From the NCBI GenBank assembly GCA_964344235.1, contig CAYFMJ010000002.1:64001-128000 (forward strand): a stretch of DNA of 64,000 nt, written 5' to 3'. Both the position numbers and the translations under genes were made by a program. Shown here piece by piece: positions 55,391 to 64,000 of this stretch. This DNA comes from an uncultured Methanosarcinales archaeon (lineage in GTDB: Archaea > Nanobdellota > Nanobdellia > Woesearchaeales > GW2011-AR9). The stretch's first letter is position 1. The number at the start of each line of letters is the position of its first letter. A model generated the notes under the pieces. It was not told the DNA's origin. It searched no databases and worked only from the letters and a program-made list of their open reading frames with translations.

Positions 55391-55682
55391 GTTCCTTTTC
55401 TGCTTGAAATATATTCTAAGAAATAGAAATCTTTAAATAGGTAAGGTACATTACTAAAACCACGTTTGGTAGACGTGATAAACGGTTTGGTAAATTTTGG
55501 TAATTAAAGTTTGTACTTTCGATTTCTTTCGACTGTTGGTAGCAGACGATAAAATCTGGTTTTGGTATGGAAATGAGAATGTCATTCGAGTATATATTAA
55601 TTTGTATACTGTAGAATACATTAGATAAATCATATTCACGAGGGTGTGAAACAAAAACATAAAACTAGAGGTGGTGTAAAAA

Positions 55683-56750
55683 ATGGATTTTATCGTAGAA
55701 AAGGCATTGGACGCAATGCCAGCAGCCGCAGAAATGGAATCAGTTCTGCAGGCAAACATCAAGGTTGTTGGTGTTGGTGGAGCAGGAAACAACATGGTTG
55801 GGTGGCTCTACAAAAAGGGAATTAAAGGCGCAGAGATTATTGCGACAAACACAGATCATCAGCATTTAAACATTACAGGTGCTGACCACAAGTTCTTAAT
55901 TGGAAAAGATTGTACACGTGGTTTAGGTTGTGGTGGTTTTCCTTCTAAAGGGGCTGAAGCAGCGCAGGAATCATTGATTCAGATTAAAGAATGCATGAAA
56001 AGTTCTGACATGGTCTTCGTTTGTGCAGGAATGGGTGGAGGTACCGGAACGGGTGCAGCACCAGTTGTAGCGCAAGTAGCAAAAGATACAGGATCAATTG
56101 TTATTGGAACTGTTACCATGCCGTTTAACATTGAGAGAGCTCGATGTGATAAAGCTGAGTTTGGTTTACAGCAATTACGACAGGTTTGTGATACAGTAAT
56201 TGTAATTGATAACAATAGACTAGTTCAGATTGCAGGTAATTTACCGATTCAACAGGCTTTCTCCGTAGCAAATGAGTTAATTGCAACGATGATTAAAGGT
56301 ATTGTTGAAACGATTGCCGTGCCTAGTTTGGTTAACCTGGACTATGCTGATGTAAAAGCAATCATGTCTAACGGCGGAGTTGCAGCTATCGGTGTTGGTA
56401 GTAGTGATACAAACAACAGAGTTGATGAAGCTGTGAAAGGGGCTTTGAGCAATCCATTGCTTGACATCAATTACGAAGGAGCTTCCGGTGCGTTAATCCA
56501 CATTACTGGTGGGCCAGATATGACGCTTGATGAAGTATCTCGAATTGGTGAGCTTGTGACGGAGAGCTTAGATGACGATGCAAATGTTATCTGGGGAGCT
56601 CGTGTTGCTGATGAGATGAAAGGGAAATTGACTGTGATGACGATCATTACAGGTGTAAATAGCCCATGGATCTTAGGTAAAGTAGATCAGCAGAAGTCCC
56701 AGGCAAGAGCAGCTACTCTCAGTAGAGAGTTAGGAATCGAGCTAGTTTAG
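55683..56750 (+). CDS. ftsZ: Cell division protein FtsZ (FtsZ2-type)
   Basis: [29 protein letters not shown]; the N-terminus MDFIVEKAL resembles archaeal FtsZ2. Confidence 0.97.
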   Translation: MDFIVEKALDAMPAAAEMESVLQANIKVVGVGGAGNNMVGWLYKKGIKGAEIIATNTDHQHLNITGADHKFLIGKDCTRGLGCGGFPSKGAEAAQESLIQIKECMKSSDMVFVCAGMGGGTGTGAAPVVAQVAKDTGSIVIGTVTMPFNIERARCDKAEFGLQQLRQVCDTVIVIDNNRLVQIAGNLPIQQAFSVANELIATMIKGIVETIAVPSLVNLDYADVKAIMSNGGVAAIGVGSSDTNNRVDEAVKGALSNPLLDINYEGASGALIHITGGPDMTLDEVSRIGELVTESLDDDANVIWGARVADEMKGKLTVMTIITGVNSPWILGKVDQQKSQARAATLSRELGIELV

Positions 56751-56764
56751 GTATACTAATTACC

Positions 56765-56828
56765 ATCTTGCCCGATTCTTCTCTACACCACCCCCTGTAG
56801 GTCTTCGGGCAAGATTTTTTCTTTTTTG
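56765..56828 (+). terminator. Hairpin plus T-run downstream of ftsZ
   Basis: ATCTTGCCCGA/TCGGGCAAGAT 11-bp stem with inner CTACA/TGTAG, followed by a long T tract. Confidence 0.65.
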
Positions 56829-56874
56829 TTTATTTTTATAATTAGCAACTTTTAAATAGGGTTTCTGACTTCTT

Positions 56875-58359
56875 ATGCGTATGGGAAAGAAGGATGTGAA
56901 AGGAATTACTGTCAAGAAAGATGACGATTTCTCTGAGTGGTATACACAAGTTATTAACAAAGCGGAGTTGGCAGATATTCGGTTTGGTTTACAAGGGTTT
57001 ATTGTTCACAGACCATGGGGTTTCTATATTATTCGGAAGATTTACGAAGCGCTAGAGCAGGAAGTAGAGAAACAAGGACATATGCCATTTCTTTTCCCGA
57101 GAGCAGTTAAGGAGAAGCATTTAACGCAGGAAGCAGAACATGCTGGCTTCATACCAGAAGTGTTATGGGTTAGTGAAGCGGGAACGAAAAAATTGGAGGA
57201 GAGGTTCGCTCTACCACCAACAGGTGAGGCGCAAATTTATCCGGTTTATAGTTTGTGGTTTCGGTCACATAGAGATTTACCGTTTAAGGGGTACCAAAGT
57301 AGAATTAGTGTATTTCGAAACGAAATGACGACACGCCCATTTTTACGAGGGAGGGAGTTTCTGTTCTTTGAAACGCATGATGTGTTTAATACCCATACAG
57401 AAGCATTAGATCAGATTGCTAAAGATTTGAAGACATGCGATGAGGTTATTCGGGGGAAGTTCTCTATTCCATTCTTCTATTTTAAGCGGCCGGCGTGGGA
57501 TAAGTTTATGGGAGCGGATGATACGTTTACACCAGACACAGTTATGCCAGATGGGAAGCGAAATCAACTTGCATCTACACATGATTTGGGTCATAATTTT
57601 GCAAAAGCATATGGCATTAAAGTGGCAAATGATGTAGGAGAAGAAGATTATGTGTATCAAACGTGCTTTGGACCAGGGATTTGGCGAATTATGGCGGCAC
57701 TAATAGGAATTCATGGAGATGACCAGGGGTTAGTGTTACCGTTTGAAATGGCACCGGTGCAAGTAGTGGTTGTGCCGATTACACTTGCCAAGAAACCAGA
57801 GCTTTCGAAGAAAGTGTTGAAACAATGTGAAAGTGTTGTGAAGAAGTTGTCTAAATCCTATCGGGTTCGGTTTGATGATAGAGATTACTCTCCTGGGCTA
57901 AAGTTTAATGAATGGGAATTGAAAGGTGTGCCGCTCCGTATTGAAGTTGGTCCAAGGGATGTTGAGAAAAAGGTTGTGACGATTGTGAGTCGTGCTACGG
58001 GAGAGAAAAAAGAGGTTGCTGCCGGGAAAGTGGGCAGTGTAGTGAAGGAGTTGATCAAGAAACATGCTTCTGTAATGGAGAAGCGAGCTAAACATTATTT
58101 TGATTCTCGTGTTAGGGAAACGAAGAGATATAAAGAGTTATTATCAATCATGAAGAAGCACCGTGGTTTTGTTAAAGTCCCGTGGTGTTCTGTTGAAAAA
58201 GATGGGGAAACGTGTGAGCAGAAGATGAAAGACGCTACACAGGGAGCAAGAGTGTGTGGGACGTTGTATCCAAAACCGGAGAAGGTTGGTAAGGCAGATA
58301 AATGTGTTGCCTGTGGTAAGAAAGCTAAGCATATTGTGTATGTAGCGAAGAGTTACTGA
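56875..58359 (+). CDS. proS: Proline--tRNA ligase (archaeal/eukaryotic type)
   Basis: FSEWYTQVI, FRNE..TRPFLRGREF, GVPLRIEVGPRD, C-terminal Zn site and VAKSY end. Confidence 0.97.
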   Translation: MRMGKKDVKGITVKKDDDFSEWYTQVINKAELADIRFGLQGFIVHRPWGFYIIRKIYEALEQEVEKQGHMPFLFPRAVKEKHLTQEAEHAGFIPEVLWVSEAGTKKLEERFALPPTGEAQIYPVYSLWFRSHRDLPFKGYQSRISVFRNEMTTRPFLRGREFLFFETHDVFNTHTEALDQIAKDLKTCDEVIRGKFSIPFFYFKRPAWDKFMGADDTFTPDTVMPDGKRNQLASTHDLGHNFAKAYGIKVANDVGEEDYVYQTCFGPGIWRIMAALIGIHGDDQGLVLPFEMAPVQVVVVPITLAKKPELSKKVLKQCESVVKKLSKSYRVRFDDRDYSPGLKFNEWELKGVPLRIEVGPRDVEKKVVTIVSRATGEKKEVAAGKVGSVVKELIKKHASVMEKRAKHYFDSRVRETKRYKELLSIMKKHRGFVKVPWCSVEKDGETCEQKMKDATQGARVCGTLYPKPEKVGKADKCVACGKKAKHIVYVAKSY

Positions 58360-58379
58360 ATTCTATTTCTTCTAATGAC

Positions 58380-58913
58380 TTAATTCTCTCCTAGGTAACT
58401 TTTGTATGCGTATTTCTTTGTTTGCATGTCAAAGTATTTTTTGAATAATGCATGGAGGTTCCATACTCTGTAGTAGAATGTGTCGAAGTAGCCGCCTTCA
58501 ATTTCTTTTTTGAGGACTACGTTTCTGTACCAACGACCTAATTTTGCATAAAACGGTTTGCCTTTGAACATCTTTTGACGGTCGTAGGTCATATGACCAC
58601 CGATTTTAACATATAGTCGTGCACTAGTTAGTTTTTTTTGAGAACCATTTGTTTCGACAGTTACTTCTGTCATCTCCCAGATATGCCAGGTAAGGGTGAT
58701 AGTGTGTGAAATGTACTCGGTAACATTTTTGGTCAATTCCCATAATAACTCTTGCTCAGCTCCTTTTTTAGTTGGGACTTTGTGTTTGTAAATTTTTTCA
58801 TGCCATAAATAGCCAAAATTCTTAGCCCAATCGGTAGCAGCGGCGTACAAACCATCTAAATCAAAGAGTCCATTGTATCGTACAGTAATTGGAGGAAGTC
58901 CTTCTGAAGGCAT
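58380..58913 (-). CDS. Hypothetical protein
   Basis: 177-aa ORF with TATA about 25 nt upstream; aromatic-rich; no motif recognised. Confidence 0.7.
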   Translation of the reverse strand: MPSEGLPPITVRYNGLFDLDGLYAAATDWAKNFGYLWHEKIYKHKVPTKKGAEQELLWELTKNVTEYISHTITLTWHIWEMTEVTVETNGSQKKLTSARLYVKIGGHMTYDRQKMFKGKPFYAKLGRWYRNVVLKKEIEGGYFDTFYYRVWNLHALFKKYFDMQTKKYAYKSYLGEN

Positions 58914-58961
58914 AGAACATGGATTTTTTGTGTGTATATAAAGATTGCTAGAACAATATAT

Positions 58962-59411
58962 TTAACGGTAGAGAGGGATCGCTGTTTTAATCCATATTTC
59001 TAAGGGACCAAGACCGTTAATGTGATAAGAACTAATAAATGTAGGTTCACCGGCTTCTCTAGCTTCCTCTCCTATCTGGGCAATACTTTTTTTTCCATAA
59101 TCCCTCTCTGGTTCTATTTTTGGTAAAGCTGCTTCTCTTGGGTCTTTCCCTCCTGCGTAGCGATGAACTCTAACTAACTCTCCTAGGTGTCTGCCTTCAT
59201 ACGGCCTTTCATGAAGTTCTATTGCAATGTCTAAGGGTATTCCCTGATCGCTTCCCCAAGGGGCTTCAGCTTCCCAATAGCCTTTCCTCATGTTTCGTGT
59301 AACTTGCCAAGGTCCAAGCGTTGCATGTATTCTTCCATCCGCTTCCATGTATTCAATTCCATGTTTATCAAACATCTCTTTTGCTTCTCGGTATGGGTCT
59401 TCATTAGCCAT
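58962..59411 (-). CDS. Hypothetical protein
   Basis: 149-aa ORF with TATA upstream; W/H-rich segments (GIPLDIAIELHE, SYHING). Confidence 0.62.
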   Translation of the reverse strand: MANEDPYREAKEMFDKHGIEYMEADGRIHATLGPWQVTRNMRKGYWEAEAPWGSDQGIPLDIAIELHERPYEGRHLGELVRVHRYAGGKDPREAALPKIEPERDYGKKSIAQIGEEAREAGEPTFISSYHINGLGPLEIWIKTAIPLYR

Positions 59412-59472
59412 ATTTTTTTCAGGTTTCTTTCTTTTATATAATTTATCAATCTAGAACAGAAGTTATTTAGAA

Positions 59473-62400
59473 TTACTTCTTACTAAACCCTACTGAGAAC
59501 TCTTTGTTTTTGGCTTTGAATGTGCTTTTATGTTTGCCTGTTGGTTTGGTAGTTAATTCTAATGAGGCTGCACCACATTTTTCTTTGATTTCTTTAGTGA
59601 AACTGTCTAGAAGTTTAGGCTCTGCTGTGATTGTTAGTGCGATCTCGTCAGTTTTCTGTAATCCTGCGTTTTTCCGTTCATTCTGGATGTGGCGTGTTAA
59701 TTCCCGCGCGTAGCCTTCTGCTTCTAATTCCGGTGTTCTGGCTGTGTTAAGATAAATAGTTGCGTTCTTTGTCTCAGCACTAATGAAGCCTTCTGGGACT
59801 GTTTTAGAAATGTTGATCATGTCTTTTGTGAGAGTGAATGATTTTACTTTGAATGAATTATCTTTATCAAGTTGTTTGAGAATTGTTTCTGCTTTCGTTG
59901 CTAGCAATGCTTTCATAATAGTGGGAGAATCTTTCCCAAACGTTTTTCCTAGCCTTGCGGGATCGCCAGTGATTGTGGTTGTCACACCGGCTACTCTCTT
60001 TTGTACTGTTATTATTTTAGCATTCGTTTGACTTTTGATAATGTTTTCAACGTTTTGTACTGCTTTTACTGTTTCTGGGTGGGTGCTTTCGATGACAAAT
60101 TCTTTGACTGGCCACCGTAACCCCAATTTTGCTTTTTCTCTCGTGTACAGTGCAGCCTGGATGATATTTTTAGCAACGTCAATGTTTTTTTCTAATGATT
60201 TTTTGATTTGTTTTTTGTCTGCTTTCGGCCAGGTGAAGTGGGAAATGCTTTCTTCTTTTAGCTTAAATTCATCTTTGAGGTTTTGATAGATGGCTTCACA
60301 AATAAATGGAGAGATGATATGGAACATTTTGAGTGTTTCCAGTAAGACTGTATACGTTGTATGGATGACTGTTTCTTTCTCTTGCTGTGAACCAATAGAT
60401 GACTTATCTCTTACTAATTGGATGTACGTTCGTGAAAGTTCTAAGTAGAGATCTTCTAGCGGTGTGATAACTTCGTCTAATTTGTGTTTGTCGAGGAGAT
60501 CTGTTACGTGTTGAATTGTTGAGTTGAGTTTTGACAAGATGTAGTTTTCTTCGATTTGTGGTTTGCTGTTACCGACTTTTGTTGGATTGATATTGTGTTC
60601 TTTTGACAAATTAATGAGGAGTTTATGAAGATTCCAGAGGATCATTAAGTTCCGTTGTTTGACAGTACATTCATCCCAACTGAAGTTGATGTCTTCGCCT
60701 GCGTTTGTTTGAAACATGTAGTAGCGCAACACATCCGCACCATGTTTGTCAATTAATTCTTGTGGGGAGATGATGTTGCCAAGAGATTTAGACATTTTTA
60801 CACCATCAATGTCTGTGACAAACCCGTTCATGTAGACGTTCTTGAATGAAGGTTTGTCAAATGCTAAAAAGGAAGCGACCATAAGAAGGTTAAACCAACC
60901 TCTAATCTGGTCTTTCCCCTCCAAAATGAAGTCTGCTGGGAAGAACTTCTCGAAATCTTTTTCTTTCTGTGGGAAGTTAAGACAATTCCAGGAAGCTGTA
61001 CCTGCGTCCACCCAAACGTCGAGGACATCAGGAATCCTTTTGTATGTTTTGCCGTTTTTTGTGATAGTAATTTTGTCGATATTTGGTATGTGCATGTCCT
61101 TTACTTTCTGCCCTGAAAGTTTTTCTAATTCTTTGACACTCTCTACAACGACAATACTGTCATCTTCTGCTTGCCAAATCGGCACGGGTGTTCCCCAGTA
61201 GCGTTGTTTGGTAATGGAGTTATCTCTGAGGTTTTCTAACCATGAGCGGAAAGCGTTCTTTGCTCCTTCTGGGTTCCAAGTGATTTTCTCATTGGCGGCA
61301 AGCATTTTTTTCTTAAGATCTTCCACTTTGAAGAACCATTGTTTTGTTGTTCGGAAAATTACTGGTTCGTGAGATCGTTCTCCATACGGATAATCGTGAA
61401 CGTAGGATTCTTTTGCGAGAAGTGCGTTTGCATTTTCTATTGCTTCAATGAACTTATTGTCATCAATTTTTGCTTTCAAATCTGTGAATTCTCCAAAGTC
61501 TTTGAAGAAACCCTCTTCATTAACACAATTAAACGGTGGAATGCCATTCTGGTGGCCAACTTCATAGTCTTCAGGACCACAACCAGGAGCAGAGTGTACT
61601 AAACCAGTTCCTGCGGTATCATCACAGTATTCTTCTGTTAACAAAACGGTGAAAAGTTTAGGATTTTTTTGTAATTCTTTTGGCAGGTGTTGCTTGATGT
61701 TTAATGGGTGGTTGTATTGTTGGCCCGCTAATTCTTTTCCTTTGTATGATTTGAGAATTTTGAACGAGTTGATTTTTGTTTTTTCCATCACTGCTTCTAC
61801 TAGTGATTTCGCTAACACCCAAGTTTCACTTCCTACTTTGACGTCAACATACTCTAGGTTTGGATTAACCATCACTGCTAAGTTGAGTGGAATCGTCCAC
61901 GGCGTGGTTGTCCAAATGATAAAATAGCGTTGTGGGTTATCGGTTGTTTGGAATTTAACGTAGATTGATGTGTCTTTGACAGATTTATATTCTAACTCGT
62001 GTTTCGCTACAGCAGATTGTGTTGCAGCGTCCCAATGCATGGTTCGCAAACCCTGGTAGAGACGGTTTTTTTCGTGTGCTTTCTTTACGAGGAACCAGAT
62101 GCCTTCCATATATTCTTGTGAGATGGGTTGGTAAGGATCTGTGAAGTCTAATGTGAGACCTAACCGTTCGAAATCTTTGTTCATCACATGCATCATGTCT
62201 GTGCAGAATTTTTCACATTCTTTGGTGAATTTGCTCAATCCGAATTTCAAAATATCATCTTTGTTTTTGAGATTAAATTTTTTCATGACTTTTTGTGATG
62301 TTGGCAACCCATGCATATCATATCCCATCCTATCCCAGACGTTGAAACCCTGCATTCTCTTGTATCGGAGAATGATATCTTTCATAGACGTCTGCCAGGC

Positions 62401-62565
62401 TGTTCCGATGTGGACTTTACCAGAAGTATATGGTGGGCCTTCTAGGAAATAATACGGTTTGCCGTTTTTGTTACGGTTTCTGAGAAATTCTGTGGTGTTG
62501 TGTTTCTGCCAGAATGCTAATATTTGTGGTTCAAGTGTTTGAGAGTTATATTCTGGAAATTTCAT
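59473..62565 (-). CDS. ileS: Isoleucine--tRNA ligase (type 2, archaeal/eukaryotic)
   Basis: EGPPYTSG.VHIG, WTTTPWT, GTGLVHSAPGCG.ED, RYWGTP, KMSKSLGN. Confidence 0.97.
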   Translation of the reverse strand: MKFPEYNSQTLEPQILAFWQKHNTTEFLRNRNKNGKPYYFLEGPPYTSGKVHIGTAWQTSMKDIILRYKRMQGFNVWDRMGYDMHGLPTSQKVMKKFNLKNKDDILKFGLSKFTKECEKFCTDMMHVMNKDFERLGLTLDFTDPYQPISQEYMEGIWFLVKKAHEKNRLYQGLRTMHWDAATQSAVAKHELEYKSVKDTSIYVKFQTTDNPQRYFIIWTTTPWTIPLNLAVMVNPNLEYVDVKVGSETWVLAKSLVEAVMEKTKINSFKILKSYKGKELAGQQYNHPLNIKQHLPKELQKNPKLFTVLLTEEYCDDTAGTGLVHSAPGCGPEDYEVGHQNGIPPFNCVNEEGFFKDFGEFTDLKAKIDDNKFIEAIENANALLAKESYVHDYPYGERSHEPVIFRTTKQWFFKVEDLKKKMLAANEKITWNPEGAKNAFRSWLENLRDNSITKQRYWGTPVPIWQAEDDSIVVVESVKELEKLSGQKVKDMHIPNIDKITITKNGKTYKRIPDVLDVWVDAGTASWNCLNFPQKEKDFEKFFPADFILEGKDQIRGWFNLLMVASFLAFDKPSFKNVYMNGFVTDIDGVKMSKSLGNIISPQELIDKHGADVLRYYMFQTNAGEDINFSWDECTVKQRNLMILWNLHKLLINLSKEHNINPTKVGNSKPQIEENYILSKLNSTIQHVTDLLDKHKLDEVITPLEDLYLELSRTYIQLVRDKSSIGSQQEKETVIHTTYTVLLETLKMFHIISPFICEAIYQNLKDEFKLKEESISHFTWPKADKKQIKKSLEKNIDVAKNIIQAALYTREKAKLGLRWPVKEFVIESTHPETVKAVQNVENIIKSQTNAKIITVQKRVAGVTTTITGDPARLGKTFGKDSPTIMKALLATKAETILKQLDKDNSFKVKSFTLTKDMINISKTVPEGFISAETKNATIYLNTARTPELEAEGYARELTRHIQNERKNAGLQKTDEIALTITAEPKLLDSFTKEIKEKCGAASLELTTKPTGKHKSTFKAKNKEFSVGFSKK

Positions 62566-62598
62566 TGCTTTTGGGAATGGGAAGTGATTTAAAAAGAT

Positions 62599-63318
62599 TT
62601 ACTTTAATAGAATAACATTTCCACGGCCTTTCTTGACTTTTTCGATCTTACCCTTGTGTTCTAATTCAGTGAGAATTAAACTGACTTTTGCTTCAGAAAG
62701 ATGCAGAAGTTCTTTCCGTAATGCTTTTTGGGAAATTCTGCCATCATGTTTTTTGATGATATCTATTGTTTTTTCTACATACCCTGGTTCGTTGTTGATA
62801 TCTTCTTTGTGCTGTTCAATGGTTTTTTTTTGTTCTTCTTTATGGTGTTGACGGAATTTGCGTAGTGGTCCAAATTTTCTTCTCATATTAAGAAAACGCC
62901 AGAGTAGTAGTAAGATAATAATACCAGCAACCCAATAACGCCAAGTTTGATTTTGAGAAGTAGTTGGCTCTTCCAGAAGATCTTCATCAGTTTCTGCATC
63001 ATCAGTGAAATCAGGTAGGAGGAATAGGTCGTAGAGGAATGTGCCGTCTTTGGTTATCGTTACTTCTTCTGTAATTGTTGTTGAATCTTTCGTTGCGGTG
63101 AGGGTGTATGTTCCTGGGAGGAGATCAAATTGGTAATTCCCGTCTTTTGCTAGGAATTTTTGTTGAGGTTCTGTGTTAATTTCTAATAGTACGTTTGATT
63201 CGAGATCTAAATTAGCGCTGTATACAGAGCCTTTAAGGGTAGCTGCAGAGGCTAGAGGGAAAATAAGTGTTAGGATGATGATTGAGAGGATTAGGGCCCT
63301 TTTCATAGTAAAAATCAA
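62599..63318 (-). CDS. Membrane-spanning protein with extracellular beta domain and cytoplasmic winged-HTH (COG2512-like)
   Basis: Signal peptide, TM, GRISQKALRKEL..SEAKVSLILTELE.KGKIEK.K.GRGN. Confidence 0.8.
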   Translation of the reverse strand: MIFTMKRALILSIIILTLIFPLASAATLKGSVYSANLDLESNVLLEINTEPQQKFLAKDGNYQFDLLPGTYTLTATKDSTTITEEVTITKDGTFLYDLFLLPDFTDDAETDEDLLEEPTTSQNQTWRYWVAGIIILLLLWRFLNMRRKFGPLRKFRQHHKEEQKKTIEQHKEDINNEPGYVEKTIDIIKKHDGRISQKALRKELLHLSEAKVSLILTELEHKGKIEKVKKGRGNVILLK

Positions 63319-63436
63319 TAATTTGTGCTATAAAAACCTATCGCGAGGCGCGTCACTACTCAAAAATACTAAACTTACCGAAAGGTTTAAATAAGAAATG
63401 TTCTCCTAAGACTATAAACATCTATCACCTCTTTTT

Positions 63437-63499
63437 CCCCTGGCCGATTGGGAAGCGAACTCGCACTTCGGTGTGGGCAAGTCACTGGTCGGCCTGGGG
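63437..63499 (+). ncRNA. Candidate orphan hairpin ncRNA
   Basis: Two-stem hairpin with C(UUCG)G loop and five G-U pairs that work only on the + strand; BRE/TATA at 63379-63393; T-rich tail. Confidence 0.55.
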
Positions 63500-63506
63500 T
63501 TTGTTT

Positions 63507-63818
63507 TCACTCTACAGATGATTCTATCCACTCTAAGAAGTCTTGATTACCATCTAATGGATGCAGGGCAATAATTGGACAAATATCACTATGTAATTCT
63601 CGCACTGCTGCAATGATTTTGTCTTTATTTTCCATCACAGAAAACGCGCCGATGTTCCAATAGATTTTTTCTACAATTTGGTTGTCCCACCAGTAGTGGC
63701 TTTTTCCATTGTATATCATCGTGCCGGCTACTAATTTTCGTTTAACGAGCTCTTTAGAGATTGTGTTCGCTTCTTCCTCATTTGGTGCACTAATTCGTAC
63801 TCTACAATATGTTCTCAT
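63507..63818 (-). CDS. cutA: Divalent-cation tolerance protein CutA (start reassigned to ATG 63818)
   Basis: SAPNEEEANTISKELVKRKLVAG, SHYWWDNQI, VRELHSDICPII, FLEWI; ATGA overlap with the upstream gene. Confidence 0.88.
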   Translation of the reverse strand: MRTYCRVRISAPNEEEANTISKELVKRKLVAGTMIYNGKSHYWWDNQIVEKIYWNIGAFSVMENKDKIIAAVRELHSDICPIIALHPLDGNQDFLEWIESSVE

Positions 63819-64000
63819 TTCTTTCTCCTCTTTGTTGTTTTTCGTTTTCTCCTTTTCTTTTTTTGGAGTAATAATGGTTTCATCCAAAGGATAAGAAAGA
63901 CGAGAATTACCCCGGCTACAAAACCTTCAAATGCTGCGATCATTTCTGACGTTACTTGAGGTGGCGTTTGTGTGATGTAATTTGGTTCATTCTCTGAGGG
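63815..64000 (-). CDS. 3' end of a C-terminally anchored membrane protein (partial)
   Basis: Manual translation ...FVAGVILVFLILWMKPLLLQKKKRRKRKTTKRRKK-stop. Confidence 0.65.
   Translation of the reverse strand, partial: PSENEPNYITQTPPQVTSEMIAAFEGFVAGVILVFLILWMKPLLLQKKKRRKRKTTKRRKK

Noticed and set aside
55454-55682. cdrS-like ORF upstream of ftsZ, and the 113-aa antisense ORF
   Set aside because: The + strand frames close within about 15 codons; the antisense ORF overlaps ftsZ and has no coding signature.
3586-63894. Numerous 60-150-aa antisense or overlapping ORFs in the ORF track
   Set aside because: They are shadows of long, motif-supported genes on the opposite strand or frame, with no independent promoter or motif.

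Overview
Archaeal chromosome segment, most likely a DPANN archaeon of the Woesearchaeota type. This is inferred from eS6, archaeal-type ProRS and IleRS, FtsZ2 plus SepF, TATA boxes about 25 nt upstream of mostly leaderless ATGs, BHB tRNA introns, almost no biosynthetic genes and a heavy load of surface proteins. Housekeeping genes are ileS, proS, rps6e, ftsZ, sepF, iscS, cutA and a deoxynucleoside kinase. There are four tRNA genes, and three of them carry 8 introns in total, 5 at non-canonical positions. Roughly 25 of the 64 kb encode exported or membrane-anchored proteins. Highlights: (1) an 11-kb locus made of two tandem three-gene surface cassettes with the same architecture and near-identical promoters, the second encoding an adjacent dockerin/cohesin pair, which suggests a scaffoldin-like adhesion assembly; (2) a two-copy ~120-nt structured RNA motif with compensatory base changes, flanking one gene; (3) a third orphan hairpin RNA with its own promoter; (4) a Hel308-like helicase lacking its whole ATP-binding RecA1 domain but with its own promoter; (5) a stand-alone bacterial DnaA domain-IV protein; (6) a type IV pilus-like ATPase and platform gene split by a 4-gene insert, next to three tandem membrane paralogs; (7) a 391-bp perfect repeat shared by two S-layer-like genes. 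No CRISPR array, integrase, transposase or rRNA was recognised. All domain calls were made by eye from motifs; no database search was run.
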